A DNA stretch of 64,000 nucleotides, from positions 3,098 through 67,097 of the forward strand of contig JAFWJA010000015.1 of the NCBI GenBank assembly GCA_017511805.1, written 5' to 3'. Position 1 is the stretch's first letter; each line of letters starts with the position of its first letter. The notes under the pieces are model-generated. The model did not search any database. It saw nothing but the letters and a program-made list of their open reading frames with translations, and was not told where the DNA came from. Both the position numbers and the translations under genes were made by a program. The DNA comes from Bacilli bacterium. Its GTDB lineage: Bacteria; Bacillota_I; Bacilli_A; RF39; UBA660. Shown here piece after piece: positions 48,490 to 58,086 of this stretch.

Positions 48490-51033
48490 GTGAAGAAAAA
48501 ACAAACTGAGGAAATATTACAAAAGATTAATGATTATGCATTAGAAGAAATAATGGGTGATAGATTTGGTAGATATGCTAAAGAAATAATTCAAGATAGA
48601 GCAATACCAGATGTTAGAGATGGTCTTAAACCTGTTCAAAGAAGAATATTATATGGTATGTATAAAGGTAAAAATACATACGATAACAAGTATAGAAAAT
48701 CTGCTAGAGCGGTTGGAGATATAATGGGTAAATACCATCCACATGGAGATTCTTCTATATATGAAGCAATGGTTAGAATGTCTCAAGATTGGAAGATGAT
48801 GACTCCATATGTAGATATGCATGGTAATAATGGATCTATGGATGGTGATTCAGCTGCAGCAATGCGTTATACAGAAGTTAGACTTTCTAAAATTGCAGGT
48901 GAAATACTTAAAGATATAGAAAAAGATACTGTAGAGATGGCACCTAATTATGATGATACAGAATTAGAACCAACAGTTCTTCCTTGTAAGTTTCCAAACT
49001 TATTAGTTAATGGAACAACAGGAATAAGTGCTGGTTATGCAACTGATATTCCACCTCATAATTTAGGAGAAATAATAGATGCTACTGTACTTAGAATAGA
49101 TAAACCTAATTGTACTTTAGATGATGTACTTGAAATAGTACAAGGACCAGATTTCCCAACAGGAGGTACTGTTGAAGGTAAAGATGAAATTAGAAAAGCA
49201 ATGGAAACTGGTAAAGGTAAAATTGTTGTTAAATCTAAATACAGTATTAATAATGAAAAAGGTAAGAATCAAATAATTATTACTGAGATTCCTTATGAAG
49301 TTAATAAAGCATTATTAGTTAAGAAAATAAATGATATTAGAATAGAAAAGAAAATAGATGGTATTAATGAAGTAATAGATTCATCTTCTCGTGGTGAATT
49401 AATTATTACAATTGATTTAAAGAAAGATGCTAATACTGAGTTAATTCTAAACTATTTATTAAAGAATACTGATATGCAAGTAACATATAGTTATAATATG
49501 GTTGCGATAGTTAATAGAAGACCTATGGAAGTAGGTATTATAACTATATTAGATGCATATATAGCTCATCAAAAAGAAGTAATAACTAGAAGAAGTAAAT
49601 TTGATTTAGCGCATGCTAAAGAAAGGTTCCATATAGTTGAAGGTCTTATTAAAGCTATATCAATACTTGATGATGTTATTAGAACAATTAGAGCTAGTAA
49701 GAATAAACAAGATGCTATAGAAAACTTAGCTAAAGAATATGGATTTACTATTGATCAAGCAACTGCAATTGTTAAGTTACAATTATATAGATTAACAAAT
49801 ACAGATGTTGTATCATTACAAGAAGAATTAGCTAACTTAACTAAAGTAATTGAAGGATTAGAAGCATTACTTTCTGATGAAAAGAAATTAATGAAACAAA
49901 TTAAGAAAGAATTACTTGAAGTTAAGAAAGAATATGCAGAAGAAAGAAAAACTATTATTAAAGATGAAATAACTGAAATAAAGATAGATCAAGAAGCATT
50001 AATAGTTAAAGAAGATGTAATTGTCGCAGTAACTAAAGATGGATACGTTAAACGTACTCCAAAGAGAAGCTATAATTCATCTAATGATGAAGATTTAGCA
50101 TTAAAAGATAATGATTACTTAATTGGTCTATATGAAATGAATACTATTGATACTTTATTAGTATTTACTAATTTAGGTAATTACTTATATATTCCAGTTC
50201 ATGAACTTCCAGATATGAAATGGAAAGATATGGGTAAACATATTAGTAATATAATTACTATTAAAGATGAAGAAAAGATAGTATATTCTATGCCAGTATA
50301 TGACTTTAATCAAAAAGAAGTTGTAACTATATTTAGTAAAAATGGTATGGTAAAAAGATGTGCTTTATCAGATTTCAAAGTACAAAGATATAATAAACCA
50401 ATTGCGTGCATGAAACTTAAGTATGATGATGAAATAGTTAGTGTTACTAATAGTCCTTATACAGAAGTATTTATTGCTACTAATAATGCATATGGTTTAT
50501 GGTATAGTGCTAATGAAATACCTATAGTAGGTGTTAGAGCAGCAGGTGTTAAAGCTATTAAGTTAGATAATGACTTTGTAGTAGCAGCAGAAGTATTTAA
50601 TAAAGAATCTGAATACATAACAGTATTTACTGATAAACAAACAGCTAAGAGAGTTAAATTAACTGAACTAGAAAAATCATCAAGAGCAAGAAAAGGATTA
50701 TTATTAGTTAGATTAGTAAAAACTAATCCACATAAGATATTATCAGCGTATATAACTAATTCAAAAGAAAAAATAGGAATAGTTAATTTAAAAGGAATAG
50801 ATGTAATTAAAAATACTGAAATAACTATTGGAGATAGATATTCAACTGGTAGTAATATTTCTTCAACTAGAATAATAACTACATTTATAGTTAAAGAACT
50901 AGAAAATAAAGATCAAAAAGTTGAAGTATTAGAGATGCCAGAAGAACCTGTTAAACCAGAAGTAAGTCTTCAAGAAATAGATGAAGAAATACTAACAATA
51001 GATGATTTCTTAGATGATTTTAAAATAGAATAG
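48490..51033 (+). CDS. parC: DNA topoisomerase IV subunit A
   Basis: YHPHGDSSIYEAMVRMSQDWK identical-type motif to Firmicute ParC (GyrA has ...SAVYDTIVRMAQ...); no GyrA-box (QRRGGKG) after coiled-coil; GTG start with AGGTGA RBS. Confidence 0.85.
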   Translation: MKKKQTEEILQKINDYALEEIMGDRFGRYAKEIIQDRAIPDVRDGLKPVQRRILYGMYKGKNTYDNKYRKSARAVGDIMGKYHPHGDSSIYEAMVRMSQDWKMMTPYVDMHGNNGSMDGDSAAAMRYTEVRLSKIAGEILKDIEKDTVEMAPNYDDTELEPTVLPCKFPNLLVNGTTGISAGYATDIPPHNLGEIIDATVLRIDKPNCTLDDVLEIVQGPDFPTGGTVEGKDEIRKAMETGKGKIVVKSKYSINNEKGKNQIIITEIPYEVNKALLVKKINDIRIEKKIDGINEVIDSSSRGELIITIDLKKDANTELILNYLLKNTDMQVTYSYNMVAIVNRRPMEVGIITILDAYIAHQKEVITRRSKFDLAHAKERFHIVEGLIKAISILDDVIRTIRASKNKQDAIENLAKEYGFTIDQATAIVKLQLYRLTNTDVVSLQEELANLTKVIEGLEALLSDEKKLMKQIKKELLEVKKEYAEERKTIIKDEITEIKIDQEALIVKEDVIVAVTKDGYVKRTPKRSYNSSNDEDLALKDNDYLIGLYEMNTIDTLLVFTNLGNYLYIPVHELPDMKWKDMGKHISNIITIKDEEKIVYSMPVYDFNQKEVVTIFSKNGMVKRCALSDFKVQRYNKPIACMKLKYDDEIVSVTNSPYTEVFIATNNAYGLWYSANEIPIVGVRAAGVKAIKLDNDFVVAAEVFNKESEYITVFTDKQTAKRVKLTELEKSSRARKGLLLVRLVKTNPHKILSAYITNSKEKIGIVNLKGIDVIKNTEITIGDRYSTGSNISSTRIITTFIVKELENKDQKVEVLEMPEEPVKPEVSLQEIDEEILTIDDFLDDFKIE

Positions 51034-51057
51034 AATGCATAATATGCATTCTTTTTC
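51033..51057 (+). terminator. rho-independent terminator after parC
   Basis: GAATGCAT-aat-ATGCATTC + T5. Confidence 0.7.
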
Positions 51058-51080
51058 ATATTATTTAATGAGGTAATAGT

Positions 51081-51413
51081 ATGAAAGAAGAATTTAAATC
51101 ATTTGTTAATAATCATAAAGAATTAGTTAAGTATGTTAATAATGGTGATATGACATGGCAAAAGTTTTATGAAATGTATTCTTTATATGGAGATAAAAGT
51201 GATGTTTGGGATGAATATTTAAATAATGATGAAGGAACTGGTAAAGTAATTAGTGATATAGTTAATATTATTAAAAAGACAGATGTAGATAAAGTACAAA
51301 AGAATATTAATTCAATAAATAAAGTACTTAATTTAGTTAGTACATTACTTGTTAAAGATGAAGAAAAAATAGAGTATGAACCTAGACCTCTATATAAGAA
51401 GTTTGAGGACTAA
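51081..51413 (+). CDS. hypothetical protein (110 aa)
   Basis: ORF with GAGG RBS. Confidence 0.4.
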   Translation: MKEEFKSFVNNHKELVKYVNNGDMTWQKFYEMYSLYGDKSDVWDEYLNNDEGTGKVISDIVNIIKKTDVDKVQKNINSINKVLNLVSTLLVKDEEKIEYEPRPLYKKFED

Positions 51414-51634
51414 TGAATTTAGAAACAATGTTTAAGATAAAAAGTAATCCCAATCTAGTTAGATATCTACATGAGAATTCATATTGGTATAAAATATTAA
51501 ATAGAAATCCTAATATGATTAATAAAATGAATGAAGATATGAAAAAAGCATATAAGATGACAGTTAGTGATAAAATAGATGATCTAAATAGTAAGATGAA
51601 TTTAGTAAAAGCATTTATGGATACAATGAAATAG
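51413..51634 (+). CDS. hypothetical protein (73 aa), translationally coupled
   Basis: TAATG overlap with upstream ORF. Confidence 0.4.
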   Translation: MNLETMFKIKSNPNLVRYLHENSYWYKILNRNPNMINKMNEDMKKAYKMTVSDKIDDLNSKMNLVKAFMDTMK

Positions 51635-51687
51635 AACTAGATAATTATCTAGTTTTTTATGTTATAATTTATATAGAGGTGAACAAG

Positions 51688-52461
51688 ATGATTGATTTAC
51701 AAAAAGTTAGATTAGCATTAAAAGAATATATTAATAATTTTAATAATCAAGAAGATGCTGGTTTTAATTTAAAAGTTGTTCATACATATCATGTTGCGGA
51801 TAATGCTATGTTAATTGCTAGTAAATTAGGTTTATCAGAAGAAGATATTTTATTAGCGGGTCTAATAGGTTATCTACATGATATAGGTAGATTTGATGAA
51901 TTAAAAAGATTTAAGAAATTTGATAGTGTTACTAATGATCATGCTTTATATGCAACTGAACTATTATTTAAAGAAGGATTAATAAGTAATTTTATAGATA
52001 CAGATAAATATAATAATATAATTGAAAAAGCAATTGCTAATCATAATAAAAAAGAAATAGAACCTGGTTTAAATGAAAGAAAATTACTTCATGCTAAGAT
52101 TATAAGAGATGCAGATAAACTAGATAATTTTAGAGTGAAAATGGAAGAAGATATAACTAATGTATTCCCAGGTATAGTTAAAGATAAAAGTGAACTAGAA
52201 AATAGTTTAATATCTGATAATGTATATAATTCTATTTTAAAAGAAGAATGTGTTGATATAAAAGATAGAGTATATCCATTAGATTACTGGGTATGTATTC
52301 TAGGTTTTATATTTGATATTAATTTTAAAGAAAGTTTATTAATAATAAAAGAAAATAATTATATTAATGACTTAGTAGATAAATATAATTATAGTGCTAG
52401 TAACGATAAAATGAATAAGATAAAAAAAGTATTAAATAATTATATTGATAAAAAGATTTAG
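51688..52461 (+). CDS. HD-domain phosphohydrolase
   Basis: HTYHVADNA...YLHDIGR H...HD motifs; track start 51679 is GTG inside RBS. Confidence 0.65.
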   Translation: MIDLQKVRLALKEYINNFNNQEDAGFNLKVVHTYHVADNAMLIASKLGLSEEDILLAGLIGYLHDIGRFDELKRFKKFDSVTNDHALYATELLFKEGLISNFIDTDKYNNIIEKAIANHNKKEIEPGLNERKLLHAKIIRDADKLDNFRVKMEEDITNVFPGIVKDKSELENSLISDNVYNSILKEECVDIKDRVYPLDYWVCILGFIFDINFKESLLIIKENNYINDLVDKYNYSASNDKMNKIKKVLNNYIDKKI

Positions 52462-52470
52462 AGGGATAAT

Positions 52471-52755
52471 ATGGTTGAAAAAAAACAAGATGAAATAATT
52501 AGTAAGTTAGATAATTCTGATGAAATAAAAAAATTTAAAGAACTAGAAAAGAAGATTAAAAATAATAAAGAATATACTAAATTAAAAGAAGAATTAGATA
52601 ACTCTAAAACTAATGAAGAAATGATTGAAATAAGAAAGAAATTATTTGAGATACCTGAAGTAAAAGAATACTTAAAACTAGAAAGTGATATTAGATTATT
52701 TTCTAAACAAACTAGTAAAATAATTTCAGGTATTGTAGAAAAGGATAGATGTTAA
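52471..52755 (+). CDS. small coiled-coil protein (possibly YlbG/UPF0298-like) upstream of rsmD
   Basis: 94 aa K/E-rich; positional analogy to ylbG-rsmD in Bacillus. Confidence 0.35.
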   Translation: MVEKKQDEIISKLDNSDEIKKFKELEKKIKNNKEYTKLKEELDNSKTNEEMIEIRKKLFEIPEVKEYLKLESDIRLFSKQTSKIISGIVEKDRC

Positions 52756-53304
52756 ATGAGAATAATAAGTGGATTATTAAAGGGAAGAGTAATTAAAGGT
52801 TATGATATAGAGGGTACTAGACCTACTATGGATAGAGTTAAAGAATCTATATTTTCTACTATTCAAAATTATGTTCCTGATGCAGTTGTTTTAGATTTAT
52901 TCTCTGGTTCTGGTAATCTAGGTTTTGAAGCAATTAGTAATTACGCAAATAAATGTTATTTTGTAGATAAGAATAAAAAATGCATAGATATGATTAATGA
53001 AAACATTAAACTATTTAATATAGATAATGCTTCTGTTATTAATGCAGACTATAAAGATGCATTAACTAAATTAAAAGATACTAAATTTGATATAGTATTT
53101 TTAGATCCACCATATAAAAATAGTGATTATATAGATTACTCGGTTAAATATTTAGTAGATAATAATATGATTAATGATAAGGGTATTATTGTTTGCGAAT
53201 ATGATTCTGATATTAATAAAGAATATGATAATTTAGAAATAATAAAAGAGAAAAAATATGGTGATAAATTTGTATTGATTTTTAAGAATAAATTACAAAA
53301 ATAG
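52756..53304 (+). CDS. rsmD: 16S rRNA (guanine966-N2)-methyltransferase
   Basis: RIISG...RPT.DRVKE..F and LDLFSGSGNLGFEA SAM-binding motifs, DPPY motif. Confidence 0.8.
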   Translation: MRIISGLLKGRVIKGYDIEGTRPTMDRVKESIFSTIQNYVPDAVVLDLFSGSGNLGFEAISNYANKCYFVDKNKKCIDMINENIKLFNIDNASVINADYKDALTKLKDTKFDIVFLDPPYKNSDYIDYSVKYLVDNNMINDKGIIVCEYDSDINKEYDNLEIIKEKKYGDKFVLIFKNKLQK

Positions 53305-53367
53305 TAATTTATTTTTTTTCGACACTTTTTAAGTAACTAATTTTATATACTTTAATTGGTGATGAAA

Positions 53368-54138
53368 ATGAAAGTATATTTAGATGTTATTCTAGTAATA
53401 AATTTAATATTTGATTTTATAGTGCTTTTATCTTCATCAATTATATTAAAAAGAAAAGTAAAACTAATTAGAATAGTTCTAGGTAGTTTAATTGGTTCAT
53501 TATCCATGCTTATATTATTTATTAGATTTAATACTATATCACTATTCATATTTAAAATAGTAGTTAGTTCTTTAATGATAATAAGTGTATATGGTTTTAA
53601 GAATATAAGATATTTTGTTAAGAATACATATTACTTTTATTTAATTAGTGTTATAACTGGGGGAATAATATATTTTGTTAATAATCAGTTTATGACTAAT
53701 AATAAATTATTATTTTCTAGTACATATTCTTATAATATTATTCTTGGAATTATACTTAGTATTATAGGTCTTATTATTTATATTAGAAATATTAAAAGTT
53801 TAAAAACTAATTACAATAAATATTTAAATGTAGTTATATATTTTAAGAATTATGAACTAAAAGTTAATGCATTCTTAGATACTGGTAATAAGCTTAAAGA
53901 TCCATATCTTTTTAGACCAATTATATTACTTAATAAGAATATGGTTAAATATAAAGAAAATGTTTTATTAGTACCTTATAACACTTGTAATAGTTCTGGA
54001 TTATTAGAGTGTATTAAAGCTGAGAAAATATATATAGAAGGAGTGGGTTATAAAAAGAATTTCTTAGTAGGTTTATCAAATAGTATTTATTTAGATGGGA
54101 TTAATTGTATATTAAATGAAAGGCTATTGGAGGGATAA
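53368..54138 (+). CDS. spoIIGA: sporulation sigma-E factor-processing peptidase
   Basis: MKVYLDVILVINLIFDFIVLL matches SpoIIGA N-terminus; 5 TM; FLDTGN aspartic protease motif; GGTGA RBS before ATG 53368. Confidence 0.7.
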   Translation: MKVYLDVILVINLIFDFIVLLSSSIILKRKVKLIRIVLGSLIGSLSMLILFIRFNTISLFIFKIVVSSLMIISVYGFKNIRYFVKNTYYFYLISVITGGIIYFVNNQFMTNNKLLFSSTYSYNIILGIILSIIGLIIYIRNIKSLKTNYNKYLNVVIYFKNYELKVNAFLDTGNKLKDPYLFRPIILLNKNMVKYKENVLLVPYNTCNSSGLLECIKAEKIYIEGVGYKKNFLVGLSNSIYLDGINCILNERLLEG

Positions 54139-54139
54139 T

Positions 54140-54832
54140 ATGATTAATTTAATAAAAAAAATTATAAATAAAATAATTGGCAAATATAATGAAGTATTTT
54201 ATGTAGGAGCAGCTGATAAATTACCAGAACCTTTATCAAAAGAAGAGGAAGAAAGATTAGTACAAGAATTTCATAATGGTGATTTAAAAGCTAGAGATAA
54301 GTTAATTGAACATAATCTTAGATTAGTAGTCTTTTTATCTAAAAAATATGAAAATACTAAGGTTGATTTAGAAGATCTAGTATCAATAGGTAGTATAGGT
54401 CTTATTAAGGGTATTAATACTTATAAAGGAGATAAGAATATTAAACTCGCAACTTATGCTTCTAGATGTATAGATAATGAAATACTTATGTTTTTAAGAA
54501 AGAATAAAAAAAGAAGAGCGGATGTTTCATTAGATGAATCTCTTAGTTATGATAAAGAGGGTAATGAATTAACTTTAGAAGATGTACTAGGTACTGAAGA
54601 AGATATAGTTACTAAAGGTTTAGAGGAAGAAGATACTAAGAAGTTAATGCTTGAAGAAATAGATAAATTAAAACCTAGAGATAAACAGATAATGGTTATG
54701 AGATATGGTCTAGATGGTAATGAAGAATTAACTCAAAAAGAAGTTGCGGATTTACTAGGTATATCACAGAGTTATATATCTAGAATAGAAAAGAAAGTAA
54801 TAAAAGAAATAGGTAGTTTAATTAGAATATAA
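54140..54832 (+). CDS. sigE: RNA polymerase sporulation sigma factor E (pro-sigma-E)
   Basis: EVFYVGAADKLPEPLSKEEE and KLATYASRCIDNEILMFLR match SigE; GGAGGG RBS before ATG 54140; immediately follows spoIIGA. Confidence 0.85.
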   Translation: MINLIKKIINKIIGKYNEVFYVGAADKLPEPLSKEEEERLVQEFHNGDLKARDKLIEHNLRLVVFLSKKYENTKVDLEDLVSIGSIGLIKGINTYKGDKNIKLATYASRCIDNEILMFLRKNKKRRADVSLDESLSYDKEGNELTLEDVLGTEEDIVTKGLEEEDTKKLMLEEIDKLKPRDKQIMVMRYGLDGNEELTQKEVADLLGISQSYISRIEKKVIKEIGSLIRI

Positions 54833-54881
54833 TAGGGGAATTCTTGGTAGATACGGAGAATATTATTATTAGGGTGGTTTT

Positions 54882-56726
54882 ATGATTTTACGTATCGATA
54901 ATCTAAGTAAAGCATATGGAAAGAATAATAGTTATCAAAAAGTATTAGATAATATTAATTTAGAATTTAAATCAGGTGAGTTTATATGTATACTAGGTGA
55001 AAGTGGATCAGGTAAATCTAGTTTATTAAATTTAATAGGAGGACTTGATACTAATTACAATGGAAGTATAAATGTTAATAATAGAAATTTAAAGTATATA
55101 GATCTAGATGAATATAGAGGAGATAAACTAGGTTTTATATTTCAAAACTTTAATTTAATACCATCTTTATCAGTACTAGATAATATTTTACTTCCTATAG
55201 AAAAGATTAAATCTAGTTATATAGATAAAAAGAATAAAGCATATAACTTACTTAGAAGATTAAATATATATAGTATTAAAAATAAAAGAATAATTGAATT
55301 ATCAGGAGGTCAAAAACAAAGAGTTGCGATTGCTAGAGCACTTATTAATGAACCAGATATAATACTTGCAGATGAACCAACTGGTGCACTTGATGAAAAG
55401 AATAGTTTAGTAATACTAGATATATTAAAAGAGATACAAAAAGAAGGAAAACTAGTAATAGTTGTAACTCATTCTAAAAGAGTAATAGATTATTCAACTA
55501 GAGTAGTAACTATTAAAGATGGAAAAATAGATAGTGATAAAAAAATAAAAAGAGTTAAAGAATCTAAAACTGAAAAGATTAAGATGAATCAGTTTAATAA
55601 GTTATATTTACTTAAATATGGAATTAGAAATATACTTAATAATAAAAAAAGAAACATATTTATAACACTTGCTTCTTCAATAGGATTAATAGGTATAATA
55701 CTAAGTTTATTTATAGGTTCTGGTATTAAAAATTATATGCATGAATTAATTGTAGATAAAGCTAATCCTCTTATATATTCTGTAGAAAAGACTAATGATG
55801 AAGTACCTTATTTTGATAGTGATGAAATAAGTGATATAGAAAATATAAAACACGTAGATGAAGTTATTAAAAATACTACTTACCAGGTTTCATCAATAAA
55901 GATAGAGGATGAAGAATATAGTTTAAACTATTTAAATTCTTTTAATGATATAGAACTAGAAGAAGGTAATGATGAAGGTCTTATTATTAATAAGACTTTA
56001 TATGATAAATTAGATTTATTAAATGAAGAAGTAACACTTACTTTTATAGATAACTATAAAGTAATAGAAACTAATATAGAAGTAACTGGTATATATAAAG
56101 GTTCTGGTTTATCTTTAATTGATGATTCTAAAGAAGCATATATTAGTTATAAGAATTTAGAGTCTATTTATAAAGAAGAAGATTTAGATCTTAATCCTAA
56201 TCTAGTTAGTATTAAAATAAATGATAATGATAATATAGAGTTAGTTAAAAAAGAGTTAGATAAACTTGATATGACTTGTATTAATAATATAGATTTATAT
56301 AATGAATTAGAAGATTATTTAACTATTCTTACCTTTATATTATCAATGTTTTCTTTTATATCACTAATTGTTAGTATTATTATGATTAGTATAATTACTA
56401 ATATTACAGTACTTGAAAGAACTAAAGAAATAGGTTTACTTAGAAGTATTGGTTTTTCTAAAAAAGATATTAAACATATATTTAATACTGAGTCTATATT
56501 ACTAGGATTTTTTATAGGTTTATTTTCTATAAATATATCTAAATACTTTATTAAGATTATAAATAGAATACTTAGTAATAAGTTTGATATTACTTTAGAT
56601 GTATCACTAGGTAAGTATTATTTATTTGGTTTATTACTTAGTATGTTCTTATTATATATATCAACATATTTTCCTTCTAAAAAAGCCTCTAATTTAGATC
56701 CTATAGCATCTTTAAGATATGAATAA
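54882..56726 (+). CDS. ABC transporter, fused ATP-binding and FtsX-like permease (MacB-type)
   Basis: N-terminal Walker A GESGSGKSS, LSGGQKQR, Walker B ILADEPT; C-terminal 4 TM FtsX-like domain with large extracytoplasmic loop. Confidence 0.8.
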   Translation: MILRIDNLSKAYGKNNSYQKVLDNINLEFKSGEFICILGESGSGKSSLLNLIGGLDTNYNGSINVNNRNLKYIDLDEYRGDKLGFIFQNFNLIPSLSVLDNILLPIEKIKSSYIDKKNKAYNLLRRLNIYSIKNKRIIELSGGQKQRVAIARALINEPDIILADEPTGALDEKNSLVILDILKEIQKEGKLVIVVTHSKRVIDYSTRVVTIKDGKIDSDKKIKRVKESKTEKIKMNQFNKLYLLKYGIRNILNNKKRNIFITLASSIGLIGIILSLFIGSGIKNYMHELIVDKANPLIYSVEKTNDEVPYFDSDEISDIENIKHVDEVIKNTTYQVSSIKIEDEEYSLNYLNSFNDIELEEGNDEGLIINKTLYDKLDLLNEEVTLTFIDNYKVIETNIEVTGIYKGSGLSLIDDSKEAYISYKNLESIYKEEDLDLNPNLVSIKINDNDNIELVKKELDKLDMTCINNIDLYNELEDYLTILTFILSMFSFISLIVSIIMISIITNITVLERTKEIGLLRSIGFSKKDIKHIFNTESILLGFFIGLFSINISKYFIKIINRILSNKFDITLDVSLGKYYLFGLLLSMFLLYISTYFPSKKASNLDPIASLRYE

Positions 56727-56755
56727 AATATGATATAATGAAAAAGGTGATAACT

Positions 56756-57196
56756 ATGAAGAAATTTTATATAATTACAATTTGTGGTTTAGTTATAGAT
56801 AGAATACTTAAAATATTAGTATCATCTTTTGTAACAGAACCAATTCATGTTATTAAGAATTTCTTTTATATTACATATACTGAGAACAAGGGCGCAGCTT
56901 TTTCTATATTAGAAGGTCATCAAATATTATTTATATTAACTGGTTTATTAGCACTAGGTTTAATATATTATTTAATGAAAAAGAGTAAGGGTAATAGTAT
57001 AGGATATGCGTTATTATTTAGTGGAATTATAGGTAACTTAATAGATAGAGTAGTATATGGTTACGTAATAGATTTTATAGGTTTTAATCTATTTGGAAGA
57101 AGTATGCCTATATTTAATTTTGCAGATATGTTGATAGTATTTGGTGCAGTTATTGCGGTATTAGGAAGTGATAAAAATGAAACTAGTAGTGAATAG
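56756..57196 (+). CDS. lspA: lipoprotein signal peptidase II
   Basis: NKGAAFS, FNLFGRSMPIFNFADMLIVFG motifs; GGTGA RBS before ATG 56756. Confidence 0.8.
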   Translation: MKKFYIITICGLVIDRILKILVSSFVTEPIHVIKNFFYITYTENKGAAFSILEGHQILFILTGLLALGLIYYLMKKSKGNSIGYALLFSGIIGNLIDRVVYGYVIDFIGFNLFGRSMPIFNFADMLIVFGAVIAVLGSDKNETSSE

Positions 57197-58076
57197 TGAA
57201 AATATTGGAGAAAGAATAGATAGTTTTTTATCTAAGAATGAAGAACTAGATTTAACTAGAAGTAAGATTCAAGAATTAATTAAAACTGGTAATATATTAG
57301 TTAATGGTAAAACTATTAAAAACAGTTATAAATTAGAAGAAAATGATGAAGTAGATATAACTGTTGTTAGAGAAAATCTAGATATAGAACCTGAAGATAT
57401 ACCACTAGATATAGTTTATGAAGATGATGATGTTTTAGTAATAAATAAAAAGAGTGGTATGGTAGTTCATCCAGCTCCTGGTAATACTAGTGGTACTTTA
57501 GTTAATGCATTAATGCATTATAGTAAACTTAGTTCAGGATCAGAAGCATTTAGACCAGGTATAGTTCATAGAATAGATAAAGATACTAGTGGTCTATTAT
57601 TAGTTGCTAAAAATGATAAAGCACATTTATTTTTAGAAGAAGAACTAAAAGAACATAAAATTAATAGAACTTATATAGCACTTGTTTCAGGAGTTATTAA
57701 ACATGATACTGGTGAAATAGATGCTCCAATAGGTAGAGATAAATTAGATAGAAAGAAAATGGCTGTTACTAGTAATAACTCAAAAGAAGCAGTTACTCAT
57801 TTTAAAGTATTAGAAAGATATAAGAATGCTACTTTAATTGAATGTAAACTTGAAACAGGTAGAACTCATCAAATAAGAGTTCATATGAAGTATATAGGTC
57901 ATCCTATAATAAATGATCCAACCTATAGTAGAGGTAAGAATATAGATAATTATGGACAAATGTTACATGCTAGAACTATATCATTTACTCATCCTACTAC
58001 TAAAGAAAGATTAACATTTACTTGCGAACCAGATAAAGAATTTGATAAAATATTAGATATGTATAAAAATGAATAG
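57177..58076 (+). CDS. rluD: 23S rRNA pseudouridine synthase, RluA family (RluD-like)
   Basis: N-terminal S4 domain, HRIDKDTSGLLLVAK catalytic motif; overlaps lspA 3' end. Confidence 0.8.
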   Translation: MKLVVNSENIGERIDSFLSKNEELDLTRSKIQELIKTGNILVNGKTIKNSYKLEENDEVDITVVRENLDIEPEDIPLDIVYEDDDVLVINKKSGMVVHPAPGNTSGTLVNALMHYSKLSSGSEAFRPGIVHRIDKDTSGLLLVAKNDKAHLFLEEELKEHKINRTYIALVSGVIKHDTGEIDAPIGRDKLDRKKMAVTSNNSKEAVTHFKVLERYKNATLIECKLETGRTHQIRVHMKYIGHPIINDPTYSRGKNIDNYGQMLHARTISFTHPTTKERLTFTCEPDKEFDKILDMYKNE

Positions 58077-58086
58077 AGGTGATTAA

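Noticed and set aside
46565-51033. Labelling the topoisomerase pair gyrB/gyrA
   Set aside because: No GyrA box, ParC-type YHPHGDSS.YEAMVRMSQDW motif, no origin-region neighbours; called parE/parC instead.
53351-53363. Recurring TTAATTGGTGA string (9860, 46431, 53351) as a regulatory motif
   Set aside because: Expected chance occurrence of such a 9-mer in 64 kb at this base composition is ~1; the GGTGA part is simply the RBS.
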